NCBI RefSeq assembly: GCF_965232925.1
Contig: NZ_CBDDRA010000001.1
Location: 64,001 to 128,000 of the forward strand
Direction: 5' to 3'
DNA from: Tumidithrix helvetica PCC 7403
GTDB lineage: Bacteria > Cyanobacteriota > Cyanobacteriia > Pseudanabaenales > Pseudanabaenaceae
DNA length: 64,000 nucleotides
A program made the position numbers and the translations under genes. The notes under the pieces were generated by a model. The model saw only the letters and a program-made list of their open reading frames with translations, was not told where the DNA came from and did no database searches. Positions 42,481 through 51,653 of the stretch are shown here, in pieces (the stretch's first letter is position 1; each line of letters starts with the position of its first letter).

Positions 42481-43734
42481 ATGAGTTGGCAAGATTTTAT
42501 AAAAGCAGTGGCAGAAGCTGACTTTGAGTTTGAGTGGCAGCGTCCATTAATCATTGCTCAATCTATTTTGGAAAGTGGCAGAGGGACAACAGATCTAAGC
42601 CGTTATAAAAACATGAACGGCATGAAATATCGAAAATCAATAGCGATTTCTGGTGCTGAAAAATTCTGGTATAAAACTGACAGTGAACCAGATCCACCAG
42701 GTGGCGATTGGTTTTTCGCATTTGACACCTATAGAACAGGAATAGATACTTGGAAAAAATTCTACTTCCGTAAAGATGGCGATTGGATTCCTTATCCCAA
42801 AGTCTATGAACGCGATCCTAAAATCTTAGAAGACGCTCGTTCTTTTCTAGACTACATTGGAAAGATTTATTGTCCTCATTTTGAGGATTCTCATGACGTT
42901 AGCTATGCAGACTACATCATGAATCGATGCTATCCAGAAGCACAAAAACTTTTGCGAGAGATTGCTGGAGAAGAATTTATGTTATTGCAAGTAGGTAGTC
43001 AAGGTTCACAAGTTGGACAATTACAAGCTAAACTCAATGAACTTGGCTTTAATTGCGGTAAGGTTGACGAGATTTTTGGCTCCAAAACCAAACAGGCTGT
43101 TGAAAATTTCCAAAGGGAGCATTTGGGGCAAGCTGAAGTAACTGGAATAGTTGATGAACGAACTTGGAATCAAATTATAAATCATCCTTCTGTTCGCCTA
43201 GCTTCTGTTTTAATCGATCCAGGGCATTCTCCTATTCATTCGGGTACTGATGCAAAAGACGGAACTCCTGAGTATGATATGAATCTTTTGCAAGCTAAAA
43301 TTGTGAAAGCAGAACTGGATAAGGCAAATATTTCAGCCGAGATTTTCGATCCAGCAAGCGATCCACTTAGTCTTATTGGGCAAAAGGCGACAGGTCGTTC
43401 CATGTTTCTCAGTTTGCATCACAATGCTACAGACAGAAAACCTCACTACACCTGTGTAATGGTTCACCCAACAAAAGCCAAAGCACGATCAATCGCTTTT
43501 GCTAAAAAACTTTCAACTGCGGTGGCTAATGCGATCGGACAAGAGGATTTCGGTGTAATGAAACGTGGTGTAACCGTTCTCTCTGAGTCTGAAAACACAA
43601 ATTGTCCGATTTGCGTTCTATGTGAGAGCTATTTTTTAGATGCAATTGATACGCGAGAAGAAGCTGAAAAACTATCTACTAAAGCGGCTTATGCGATCGC
43701 ATCAACGGTTATTGCTGAGCTACAAACCGCATAA
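42481..43734 (+). CDS. Bifunctional peptidoglycan hydrolase: GH73 glucosaminidase, PG-binding domain and Amidase_3 (N-acetylmuramoyl-L-alanine amidase)
   Basis: GH73 motif IIAQSILESGRGTT...NMNGMKY; PG_binding_1-like LQVGSQGSQVGQLQAKLNELGF...VDERTW; amidase motifs LIDPGHS and LSLHHNA. Real start is the ATG at 42481 (AGAGG SD); the track's 42448 is a TTG. No signal peptide. Confidence 0.8.
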   Translation: MSWQDFIKAVAEADFEFEWQRPLIIAQSILESGRGTTDLSRYKNMNGMKYRKSIAISGAEKFWYKTDSEPDPPGGDWFFAFDTYRTGIDTWKKFYFRKDGDWIPYPKVYERDPKILEDARSFLDYIGKIYCPHFEDSHDVSYADYIMNRCYPEAQKLLREIAGEEFMLLQVGSQGSQVGQLQAKLNELGFNCGKVDEIFGSKTKQAVENFQREHLGQAEVTGIVDERTWNQIINHPSVRLASVLIDPGHSPIHSGTDAKDGTPEYDMNLLQAKIVKAELDKANISAEIFDPASDPLSLIGQKATGRSMFLSLHHNATDRKPHYTCVMVHPTKAKARSIAFAKKLSTAVANAIGQEDFGVMKRGVTVLSESENTNCPICVLCESYFLDAIDTREEAEKLSTKAAYAIASTVIAELQTA

Positions 43735-43823
43735 TCAATATCCCTAATCAAATAGCCTGAACTATTTATATTTATGTAAAATGTAAACCTAATATGAGAG
43801 TTAGTTTTAAGGAGTTTACTTCA

Positions 43824-44588
43824 ATGAGAATTAAACCACTTTCTTTCCTTTGCTCCTTTACTGTTCTAATCATTGCTAGCTCCACGATTCTTGCAGCTTC
43901 TGGGAAAGACTCTGTTGCGCAACTTGTACCGCCAGAAGCACTGAGAGATGCAGCAGAACCTTTACCCAATGAAGTATTAGATAACTTGACTGTAATCAAT
44001 GAATCTAATCCAAACATAAAATGGGATGGCCAACGTGGCAAGAGTCGAGTTTTGGTTGCTACCTTCACAAGAGCAAATGGTCATGCTTCAGGTAAAACCG
44101 CTTCTGTAATCTGGGTTACAGTTGCCCCAGAATTAAAAGACTTCTGTAAAAAATATAAGGATACGGAAGCTACGACAGAAGAACTTAATCGAAGGCTAAA
44201 TCAACTTTTGGGTCTTAGACCTAATGAAGGATTTACACATATTGCCGAAATCTGGGTAGATCCACAGTATCTTAGAAGACCTACTCTAAATCCTGACATT
44301 AGAAGATACCCAACCAAATCAGAACCTCTTCCAATTCAATTGCCCTTGCAATTTCCACAAGGTGTCGATATCGCTTATCAAAAGTGGTTTACAAAACAAG
44401 TTGAGGATCGAGCAAAAAGTTCTTATCCTTGGACTGGATTGGGATATACCTATGATTGGAGTCCTAAAACCAATCTGCAAAATCATGCAGGATTAAGTGA
44501 ATTTATCATTTTCCCTACTCCTGAGACACCTATCCCTATTGAAGTCAAGCAAATTTTACCCACTGAAAAATATTGTGGAATGGAGTAA
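43824..44588 (+). CDS. Secreted hypothetical protein
   Basis: Signal peptide MRIKPLSFLCSFTVLIIASSTILAASG after an AAGGAG SD. The track's ORF starts 30 nt earlier at 43794. Confidence 0.6.
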   Translation: MRIKPLSFLCSFTVLIIASSTILAASGKDSVAQLVPPEALRDAAEPLPNEVLDNLTVINESNPNIKWDGQRGKSRVLVATFTRANGHASGKTASVIWVTVAPELKDFCKKYKDTEATTEELNRRLNQLLGLRPNEGFTHIAEIWVDPQYLRRPTLNPDIRRYPTKSEPLPIQLPLQFPQGVDIAYQKWFTKQVEDRAKSSYPWTGLGYTYDWSPKTNLQNHAGLSEFIIFPTPETPIPIEVKQILPTEKYCGME

Positions 44589-44594
44589 GTAAGT

Positions 44595-45008
44595 ATGAAA
44601 AGCCACATTCAATCTCCTTCTCTATTTGTAGATTATCAAGGCTGGACTGATGAGATAACAATCAAGAACAAACATATCAAACATGTCCACACAGAATATG
44701 AGTATGATAGCCCTGTCAGTGGAAATCCTTCGGGGAGTAAACAATCAGTACTGATTGATAAAAACTTGACAGAGAAGCAGTGGAAAGATCTGAAAACGTA
44801 CATCAAAAATAGTGGATTTGAAAAGCTCGAAGATGCTTATGGGGCTCCAGAGGGACACAGATATTACCCTTGCACCATAACTATCGGTTGGGGATCAGAA
44901 AAAAAAGAAGTTAAGTATCGAAGCAATCCAAGTTATAGCGAAGCGCCCCCAACTTTTAAAAATATAGAGAAATACCTTTTTACTCTGTCTGAGCAGGTGA
45001 GAAAATGA
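44595..45008 (+). CDS. Hypothetical protein
   Basis: 137-aa ORF with GGAG SD, 6 nt after the previous gene (operon-like). Confidence 0.5.
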   Translation: MKSHIQSPSLFVDYQGWTDEITIKNKHIKHVHTEYEYDSPVSGNPSGSKQSVLIDKNLTEKQWKDLKTYIKNSGFEKLEDAYGAPEGHRYYPCTITIGWGSEKKEVKYRSNPSYSEAPPTFKNIEKYLFTLSEQVRK

Positions 45009-45661
45009 CTTGAATAAACAGAGGAGTGTCACTACTGATTTTATTGTAATTCTTCTCTCCATAATACAATCGCGAACTCTTCATGCTATGTCATAAAAAC
45101 TGCGAACCGACTACGGAGAAAATTTAAGGCGATCGCAAAGAATAGAAATTGAGAACTTACAACAATCCTTTAAGTCAATTTAACACTGGGGTATCTATCT
45201 TCCCTTCTCTTTCTATCTCCACTGACTGAGTAGTTGTCTTAATATTTCTCGACGTAGATGGTGGTGATTTTATTTGCAGGTTAACACAAGATTATTTTCA
45301 CAAATCGTTATATTATTCAGGGTATATTCAGGTTAGTATCGTAGCAAGTTCTTGATTGATGCATTGTTTTCCCTAACTTAGAAGCTTAAATATTTCTCTA
45401 AGGCGATCGCTTCTACGTTGATTTCTGGCTCAATGACACGAAAACTGTATCGAGGAGGTAAGAGATTGAAGTGCATGGACTTGAAAATTCCTAGTAGATG
45501 AATCAAGTGGCATAGCGGCATTAACTAATTCAGTCAAATGAGAGCGATGAGAATGCCATTGTCAAGGAATCAGAACATATTTTTGTAATGTGAGGACTTT
45601 ATATCCCTAGGTATTAAATAAAAATTTTGACTTTTTTAAGTACACTTTGGAGGAATTTGTA

Positions 45662-46822
45662 ATGACTGAGATTTCGCAAATTGACTCTTTGAAACTTGAG
45701 CGATTGATAGAACGCATCGAACTACTCGAGTCTAAGCTTGGAATTGACAATCGTTCAGGTAGTACGGGACATGGCAGTAGCGAAGTACAAAGATGTTGTG
45801 CGTTACCACAGGTGCGATCGCGTACATTCGATCCAAGCGTATCGTCCGATCGCATGCGTCTAATTCAGTTAATCGGCAAAAAGTGGGTTAATGGGACAAA
45901 ATTACGCTATTACTTCTTTGAGAGTGGGCCCAACTCAGCTGGCAACGAACAGAAAGATTTTGTCCGACAAGGGTTTGAAGTGTGGAAGAATCTAGGGATT
46001 GGCATTAAGTTTGAGGAGATTCAAAACATCAGCGAAGCAGAGGTACGAATTGGCTTCCTGCAAGGAGATGGAGCTTGGTCTTATGTTGGTCGCGATGTTA
46101 TCGATATTCCTAGACAGGGCGAGCGAACTATGAACTTCGGCTGGGATCTCCGAACCGATCCCCGTGGGGTGGATGTCCCAGTTCACGAGATCGGACATAC
46201 CCTAGGGTTCCCTCACGAGCATCAAAACCCATTTGCAGGAATTGTATGGAACGAAGAAGCCGTTTATAGATATTTCGGAGGTCCCCCTAATAATTGGGAT
46301 CGAGCCACAACGAATTATAATATCCTTGAAAAGCTTGCAACAGGAGAAGTACAAGGTTCTCAATGGGATCCCAACTCGATCATGCATTACGCATTTGCAG
46401 CGGGACTCATCGACCGCCCCGAACAGTATCGTAACGGATTAAGACCTGCTGGCGGAATTTCTGCGTTGGATCGGCAACAAGCCCTCTTCTTTTATCCAAA
46501 GCTTGAAGAATCGAGTTATACAGAACTCAAACCCTTCCACTCGGAGATTTTGGCTCTTGCCCCTGCCGAGCAGAAAAACTTTGCAATTAATCCCACGGCT
46601 ACCCGAAGTTATACCATTCAGACCTTTGGAAAATTGGATACAGTCATAGTTCTTTTCGAAGATCAGAATGGTGACTTGAAGTATGTTGACGGTGACGATG
46701 ACAGCGGCACGGACTTTAACGCACAAATCAACGTGCGGCTTTATCAAGGTCGGCGGTATGTGCTACGGATCCGCTTATATTCTAGTTTTGCTACGGGTGA
46801 AGCCTCGGTCATGCTTTCGTGA
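45662..46822 (+). CDS. Astacin-family (M12A) zinc metalloprotease with N-terminal coiled coil and a C-terminal beta-rich domain
   Basis: Zinc signature HEIGHTLGFPHEHQNP (HExxHxxGxxHE) and Met-turn SIMHY. The track's start at 45647 is a TTG; ATG at 45662 with GGAGGAA SD. No signal peptide. Confidence 0.8.
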   Translation: MTEISQIDSLKLERLIERIELLESKLGIDNRSGSTGHGSSEVQRCCALPQVRSRTFDPSVSSDRMRLIQLIGKKWVNGTKLRYYFFESGPNSAGNEQKDFVRQGFEVWKNLGIGIKFEEIQNISEAEVRIGFLQGDGAWSYVGRDVIDIPRQGERTMNFGWDLRTDPRGVDVPVHEIGHTLGFPHEHQNPFAGIVWNEEAVYRYFGGPPNNWDRATTNYNILEKLATGEVQGSQWDPNSIMHYAFAAGLIDRPEQYRNGLRPAGGISALDRQQALFFYPKLEESSYTELKPFHSEILALAPAEQKNFAINPTATRSYTIQTFGKLDTVIVLFEDQNGDLKYVDGDDDSGTDFNAQINVRLYQGRRYVLRIRLYSSFATGEASVMLS

Positions 46823-46908
46823 GAAGAGATTAAACGCGTAAGCAAAAAAAGTAGCAGAAACAGTTACTCGCCAACGTAAATTCACTTTTATGCAGAAAGG
46901 AGAACTAT

Positions 46909-48213
46909 ATGAATCTTTACAGTGAAAACAGAGCGACTTCTGACATTATGTTGCAGACATTCTATTGGGATGTCACGGTCAGAGGTGAAAGAGGTAAATG
47001 GTATACCCATTTACAATCGCAACTTGCTGATTTTGCGAACGCAGGAATTACTGTACTTTGGCTACCACCACCCAGCAAATCGAGATACCAGCACTATATG
47101 GGATATACGCCCATGGATTATTACGATCTAGGTGAATATAAACAGTGGATTCAAGAGTGGCCCATGACAGGGGCTGACTATTGGGAAGAAAGCAAGGGGG
47201 CTGAAACTCGGTTCGGTACAAAAGCTGAACTCGTTCGACTTAACGATGAAGCTCACAAAGTTGGGTTGAAAGTTATCGCTGACCTCGTACTGAACCACAG
47301 AGAGGCGCAACAGAGAAATATCGCTGGCGAGAAAATCTGCTGGAAAAGCGATCTACATGAGATCGCAAGCAAAAAAATGGCTTGGGGCTACAATCAGAGC
47401 GATCCAATTGAGATTGTAACGGATAGTGGTGGTAGTGGTCGCGATGATGGCGAGTCTGGATTCGCGCCTAATCTTGCTCATACGGAGCCAAAGGTACGCT
47501 TGGAAATTAAAGAGTGGTTAACATGGCTAAAAAATGATATCCACTTCGACGGCTGGCGCTACGATATGGTGAAAGGCTACGCTCCCGAACATGTGGCTGA
47601 GTACAACTACCATACAAAGCCCTATCTAACAGTTGGTGAATATTGGGACGGTACGCAGAAAATCTACGATTGGATCGATCGCTCAGACTCATTTGATGTA
47701 AATAAAAAGTCGATGGCTTTTGATTTTCCGCTTCAAAGTCATTTGCGAAATATTTTTTGGGGAGATAAACCTTTTGAACAACTGGGATTGTGGAAATATA
47801 GCGATGTGAGCGTTACAGGAGGTTGGCCAGCTAAATCAGTGACTTTTCTAGATAATCATGACACGATTCGACAAGCCTACGGCGACTTTCCCCGCGATGC
47901 CAAACGACTTATCCAAGGATATGTTTTCCTCCTTACTCATCCAGGAATTCCCTGTATCTATTGGGAACATATGTATTCCATTGGCTCTAAAGTATTTGAC
48001 AATATCAGTAATCTCGGAAAGCTTCGAGGACAGCAAAATATTACAAATCTGTCACAGGTACAGGTCTTACAGGCAGACAGGAACTGCTATGCTGCAAAAA
48101 TTGACCATAGAACGATTGTTAAGATTGGCGATAGTTTCTGGAATCCTAGTGGTCAGTCAGGCAGTTGGGATTTAAAGATATCTGGCGACGGTTGGGCGAT
48201 CTGGGCAAGCTAG
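46909..48213 (+). CDS. Alpha-amylase (GH13)
   Basis: 434 aa; MLQTFYWD N-terminus; GITVLWLPPPSK; DLVLNHR; GWRYDMVKGY; LDNHDT conserved regions I-IV. No signal peptide. Confidence 0.85.
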   Translation: MNLYSENRATSDIMLQTFYWDVTVRGERGKWYTHLQSQLADFANAGITVLWLPPPSKSRYQHYMGYTPMDYYDLGEYKQWIQEWPMTGADYWEESKGAETRFGTKAELVRLNDEAHKVGLKVIADLVLNHREAQQRNIAGEKICWKSDLHEIASKKMAWGYNQSDPIEIVTDSGGSGRDDGESGFAPNLAHTEPKVRLEIKEWLTWLKNDIHFDGWRYDMVKGYAPEHVAEYNYHTKPYLTVGEYWDGTQKIYDWIDRSDSFDVNKKSMAFDFPLQSHLRNIFWGDKPFEQLGLWKYSDVSVTGGWPAKSVTFLDNHDTIRQAYGDFPRDAKRLIQGYVFLLTHPGIPCIYWEHMYSIGSKVFDNISNLGKLRGQQNITNLSQVQVLQADRNCYAAKIDHRTIVKIGDSFWNPSGQSGSWDLKISGDGWAIWAS

Positions 48214-48259
48214 ATTTAGGATCGATCGTTGACCGCTCCTTCTAACAAATGCTCATGCT

Positions 48260-48291
48260 GGCGATCAGAAAGCGCTCGCTTTCTGATCGCC
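48260..48291 (+). terminator. Perfect 15-bp-stem hairpin after the amylase gene
   Basis: GGCGATCAGAAAGCG-CT-CGCTTTCTGATCGCC: every stem base pairs, with a 2-nt apex. 47 nt after the stop. No U-tract follows. Confidence 0.5.
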
Positions 48292-48455
48292 CTGTTGAAA
48301 AATATCTGCGATCGCAGGGGTTTGGGATACCAATTGTTAAAGAAATCTTTGTTAATAATACTCACTATATAACTATATGGTTATAATTAGGTATTAAAGA
48401 GCTTTTAGGTAAAAACGCAAAGTAATCAACATTCTTTATTCAAGAGGTACTCAAG

Positions 48456-49214
48456 ATGAGTCAGAGTCTAGCCAGTCAATTGCGGGAGGGGACAAAACAA
48501 TCCCACACAGCCGCAGAAAACACAGCATTTATGAAATGCTTTCTCAAGGGTATTGTCGAGCGCGAGCCGTTTCGCAAGCTGTTGGCAAACTTGTATTTAG
48601 TCTATAGCACGCTAGAAGAAGAGCTGCAACGCCATCAAAATCATCCCATTGTGGGGCCAATGTATTTCCCCGAGCTGAACCGCAAGGCAAATCTGGAGAA
48701 AGATCTGGCTTATTACTATGGTGACAATTGGCAAGACCAGATCGTGCCCTTAGAAGCAGGCGTCGTTTACGTCAATCGCATCCGCGAAGTAGCCAATACC
48801 GATCCAGCGCGACTGGTTGCCCATGCTTATACTCGTTATATGGGAGATTTATCGGGTGGTCAGAGCTTAAAAAATATCATTCGTTCTGCTTTGGAATTAC
48901 CTCCAGACCAAGGAACAGGGCTACATGACTTCGAGCAAATCGCTACGGTTGAAGCGAGAAAAGCCTTTAAAGAAAAGTATCGCCATGCTTTAGATGCTCT
49001 ACCCGTTGACGAAGCCACGATTCAGAGCATTGTCGATGAAGCCAACTATGCTTTTCAACTAAATCGGGATGTCGTTCACGAATTGGAAGATGATGTCAAA
49101 GCTGCCATTGGCGAGCATGTCTTCGATCTGATTACGCGGCAAGACAAACCCGGTAGTACCGAACGGGCTCCGGGAAATACTTCGGTCGAACTCGTAGCCA
49201 CAGAGCGATCGTAA
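48456..49214 (+). CDS. ho1: Heme oxygenase 1
   Basis: Begins LREGTKQSHTAAENTAFMKCFLKG (proximal His) and has the conserved YTRYMGDLSGGQ. Confidence 0.9.
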   Translation: MSQSLASQLREGTKQSHTAAENTAFMKCFLKGIVEREPFRKLLANLYLVYSTLEEELQRHQNHPIVGPMYFPELNRKANLEKDLAYYYGDNWQDQIVPLEAGVVYVNRIREVANTDPARLVAHAYTRYMGDLSGGQSLKNIIRSALELPPDQGTGLHDFEQIATVEARKAFKEKYRHALDALPVDEATIQSIVDEANYAFQLNRDVVHELEDDVKAAIGEHVFDLITRQDKPGSTERAPGNTSVELVATERS

Positions 49215-49316
49215 TTCATTGCGTTATTCTCACCCATTTGCTCCTCTCCAAGGTTCTTTTTACTTTTCTGATGGAGACCTTCAAGGGGAGCCAGATCTTT
49301 TCGCTTTCTAAAAATC

Positions 49317-50447
49317 ATGAAATCATTACCATCCTTGCAAATTGGCAAGCACACTGCCCGTTATCCCATCATTCAAGGTGGTATGGGAATTCGGATCTCG
49401 GGAGCCAATCTCGCTGCTGCTGTGGCGAATTCTGGTGGCATTGGCATTGTGTCTGCCGTAGCTTTAGGGTTAAACTCTCCTTATTTTGACATTCACCAAT
49501 CAAATGTTGGCAAAAGAAAGGAGCAATATTTTGAAGCCAATCGCTTAGCATTAATTGACGAACTAAAAAAAGCCCGCACCCTGAGTCCCACTGGGATTTT
49601 GGGAATTAACGCTATGGTCGTAGCACGGGATTATGAAACGCTGGTTCGTACTGCCGTGGAGCAGGGCGTTAACTTAATTATCTCTGGAGCGGGTCTGCCC
49701 CTCCAACTACCAGAATATACAAAGAATTACCCCGATGTAGCGCTAGTGCCGATTATTTCCAGTGCCCGTGCGGCGCGCATTCTGTGTCGCAAGTGGGAAC
49801 GCCAATATGGGCGTCTGCCAGATGCATTGGTGGTAGAAAATCCCAATACGGCTGGGGGACATCTAGGCGCAAAATCTGAGGAAGTGGGCGATCCATCCTT
49901 TGACCTAGAAACAGTGATTCCCGAACTGGTTCGCTATCTACAAGAAGAAGTCGGACAATCGATTCCAGTAATTGCGGCAGGGGGCGTCTGGGATCGGGCA
50001 GATATAGACCGCATGTTGGCATTGGGTGCGAGTGGCGTGCAGTTGGGTACGCGCTTTATTACAACCGATGAATGCGATGCCGATATTCGCTATAAAGAAT
50101 TTCATCTCCACGCACGACCCGAGGATGTCGTCATTATTTCCAGTCCTGTGGGATTACCCGGGCGAGCCTTACGAAATACCTTTGTAGACAAAGCGATCGC
50201 GGGTTCTCCCGATCTAGAAAAGCGATGTCTGGCAAGCTGTCTCCATGCCTGTAAATGCCGCGACGAGCAGAAGTATTACTGTATCGTTCAAGCACTGGAC
50301 AAAGCGGCACGCGGCGATATTGAGAATGGACTGATCTTTTCAGGTAGTAACGCTGGGCGCGCCCAACGCATCGTTCCTGTTGCGGAACTCATGGCAGAAC
50401 TAGTCGCTGTTCCTGTCGCACAACTCATGGCGGAATTAGTCGCTTGA
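49317..50447 (+). CDS. FMN-dependent nitronate monooxygenase / NPD-family oxidoreductase
   Basis: 376 aa; IIQGGMG and AAGG motifs. A 36-bp tandem duplication at the 3' end encodes VPVAELMAELVA twice. Confidence 0.75.
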   Translation: MKSLPSLQIGKHTARYPIIQGGMGIRISGANLAAAVANSGGIGIVSAVALGLNSPYFDIHQSNVGKRKEQYFEANRLALIDELKKARTLSPTGILGINAMVVARDYETLVRTAVEQGVNLIISGAGLPLQLPEYTKNYPDVALVPIISSARAARILCRKWERQYGRLPDALVVENPNTAGGHLGAKSEEVGDPSFDLETVIPELVRYLQEEVGQSIPVIAAGGVWDRADIDRMLALGASGVQLGTRFITTDECDADIRYKEFHLHARPEDVVIISSPVGLPGRALRNTFVDKAIAGSPDLEKRCLASCLHACKCRDEQKYYCIVQALDKAARGDIENGLIFSGSNAGRAQRIVPVAELMAELVAVPVAQLMAELVA

Positions 50448-50494
50448 TTCCACTTCCCTAGTTGTCAGTCTGTCTGCCATCAATATTTAGGGCA

Positions 50495-50524
50495 AATATA
50501 ATAATATAGCTATATTATTATATA
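50495..50524. promoter_or_regulatory. AT-only 30-bp near-perfect palindrome
   Basis: AATATAATAATATAG / CTATATTATTATATA, 14 of 15 positions symmetric. It lies between the NPD gene and the DUF2892 gene. Confidence 0.4.
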
Positions 50525-50598
50525 ATGATATATGTAATACACTAATAAATGCCATGCGCTTGACACAGCATAGAAAAATTAAAAAGGAGAGTAAGGCT

Positions 50599-50811
50599 AT
50601 GAAAATGAATCTTGGTGTGACCGACCGTCTGATCCGCTTGCTGTTATCCTCAATCTTGTTGTATCTGGGGCTTGTTCCTTTCAACAACTCAACGCTGGGA
50701 ATTGGATTCTTAATTGTCGGAGGAATTGCCTTTTTAACAGGTATGGTTGGTTTCTGTGGTCTTTATCAACTTTTGGGAATTCACACCGATCGTCCCCAAA
50801 AGCAGTTCTAG
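50599..50811 (+). CDS. DUF2892 (YgaP-like) small membrane protein
   Basis: MKMNLGVTDRLIRLLL...GFCGLYQLLG; AAGGAG 8 nt upstream. The track's ORF starts earlier at 50554. Confidence 0.7.
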   Translation: MKMNLGVTDRLIRLLLSSILLYLGLVPFNNSTLGIGFLIVGGIAFLTGMVGFCGLYQLLGIHTDRPQKQF

Positions 50812-50897
50812 GTAAATTCATTCGTATAGTAAGAGAAGCTACGATCGGCGATCGCTTCAAATTCTCAAATTCGCAACTCAAATCCAGGAAAACCCCT

Positions 50898-51170
50898 ATG
50901 GATAATAGCTTCCCTTTGGAAAGTCCGTCCCTATCGCGTCGGCAGTTACTGAACTTTCTCACAGGAGCTACCGTTGCAGCTACAGCAGGTACTTTACTCT
51001 ACCCAGTCAGTCAGTTCTTTGTTCCTCCGTTAGAACAGGGAGAGGGTGGCGCAATTCTGGCTAAAGATATTTTAGGTAACCCAATTCCAGTGACACAAGT
51101 TTTGACAGAACCAGTCGGTACGCGTGCCTTAGTTGCTGGGTTAAATAGTTCGGGTTACAGTCCTTGGTAA
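50898..51170 (+). pseudogene. PetC (cytochrome b6f Rieske protein) N-terminal fragment: Tat signal and TM anchor only, no [2Fe-2S] domain
   Basis: The 90-aa ORF SRRQLLNFLTGATVAATAGTLLYPVSQFFVPP...AKDILGNPIPVTQVLTE matches the PetC N-terminus. It stops before the CxH/CxxH cluster boxes, which appear in no downstream frame. Confidence 0.55.
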
Positions 51171-51371
51171 TGGCATCTCGATCGCACCTTGGACAGAACT
51201 AGATCCGCGTACTGGCATGAAGCCTTGGTGGGTATAGCACCTATTCCTACCATTCATACAGATCCCTAAAAACAGTTTACTGCAAAGAACTTGTACAGAC
51301 TCTTTTTAAAGACTTGACAGATCCATATATAATTATATAATAGATTAATAAAATAAATTTAAGAGATCGTG

Positions 51372-51590
51372 ATGTTGAAACGAATCAATCGCAAACAGCG
51401 GTGGACACAGCATCATTGGATACGTCTTGTAGCAGGCAGCATGATACTCCTTAGCTTGTTATTGGCTTTAACCAACCAAAATTGGCTGTTCCTCACAGCA
51501 TTTGTGGGGCTGAATCTGCTGCAATCAGCGTTCACGAACTGGTGTCCGCTGATTGTGCTGTTGCAAAAACTGCGAGTGCCAGAGCAATAA
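51372..51590 (+). CDS. DUF2892 (YgaP-like) small membrane protein
   Basis: Conserved NWCPL motif and two TM helices. The ATG at 51372 follows a GTG at 51369. Confidence 0.7.
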   Translation: MLKRINRKQRWTQHHWIRLVAGSMILLSLLLALTNQNWLFLTAFVGLNLLQSAFTNWCPLIVLLQKLRVPEQ

Positions 51591-51653
51591 GAGGTATAAG
51601 GATCTCGATTTTTAAAACACCATTTAAAAAACTATTTTTAGGAGTCACGATCT

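Noticed and set aside
51171-51368. Looked for the Rieske [2Fe-2S] boxes (CTHLGC / CPCHGS) downstream of the PetC fragment in all frames.
   Set aside because: Not present. The fragment is genuinely truncated and not frameshifted.
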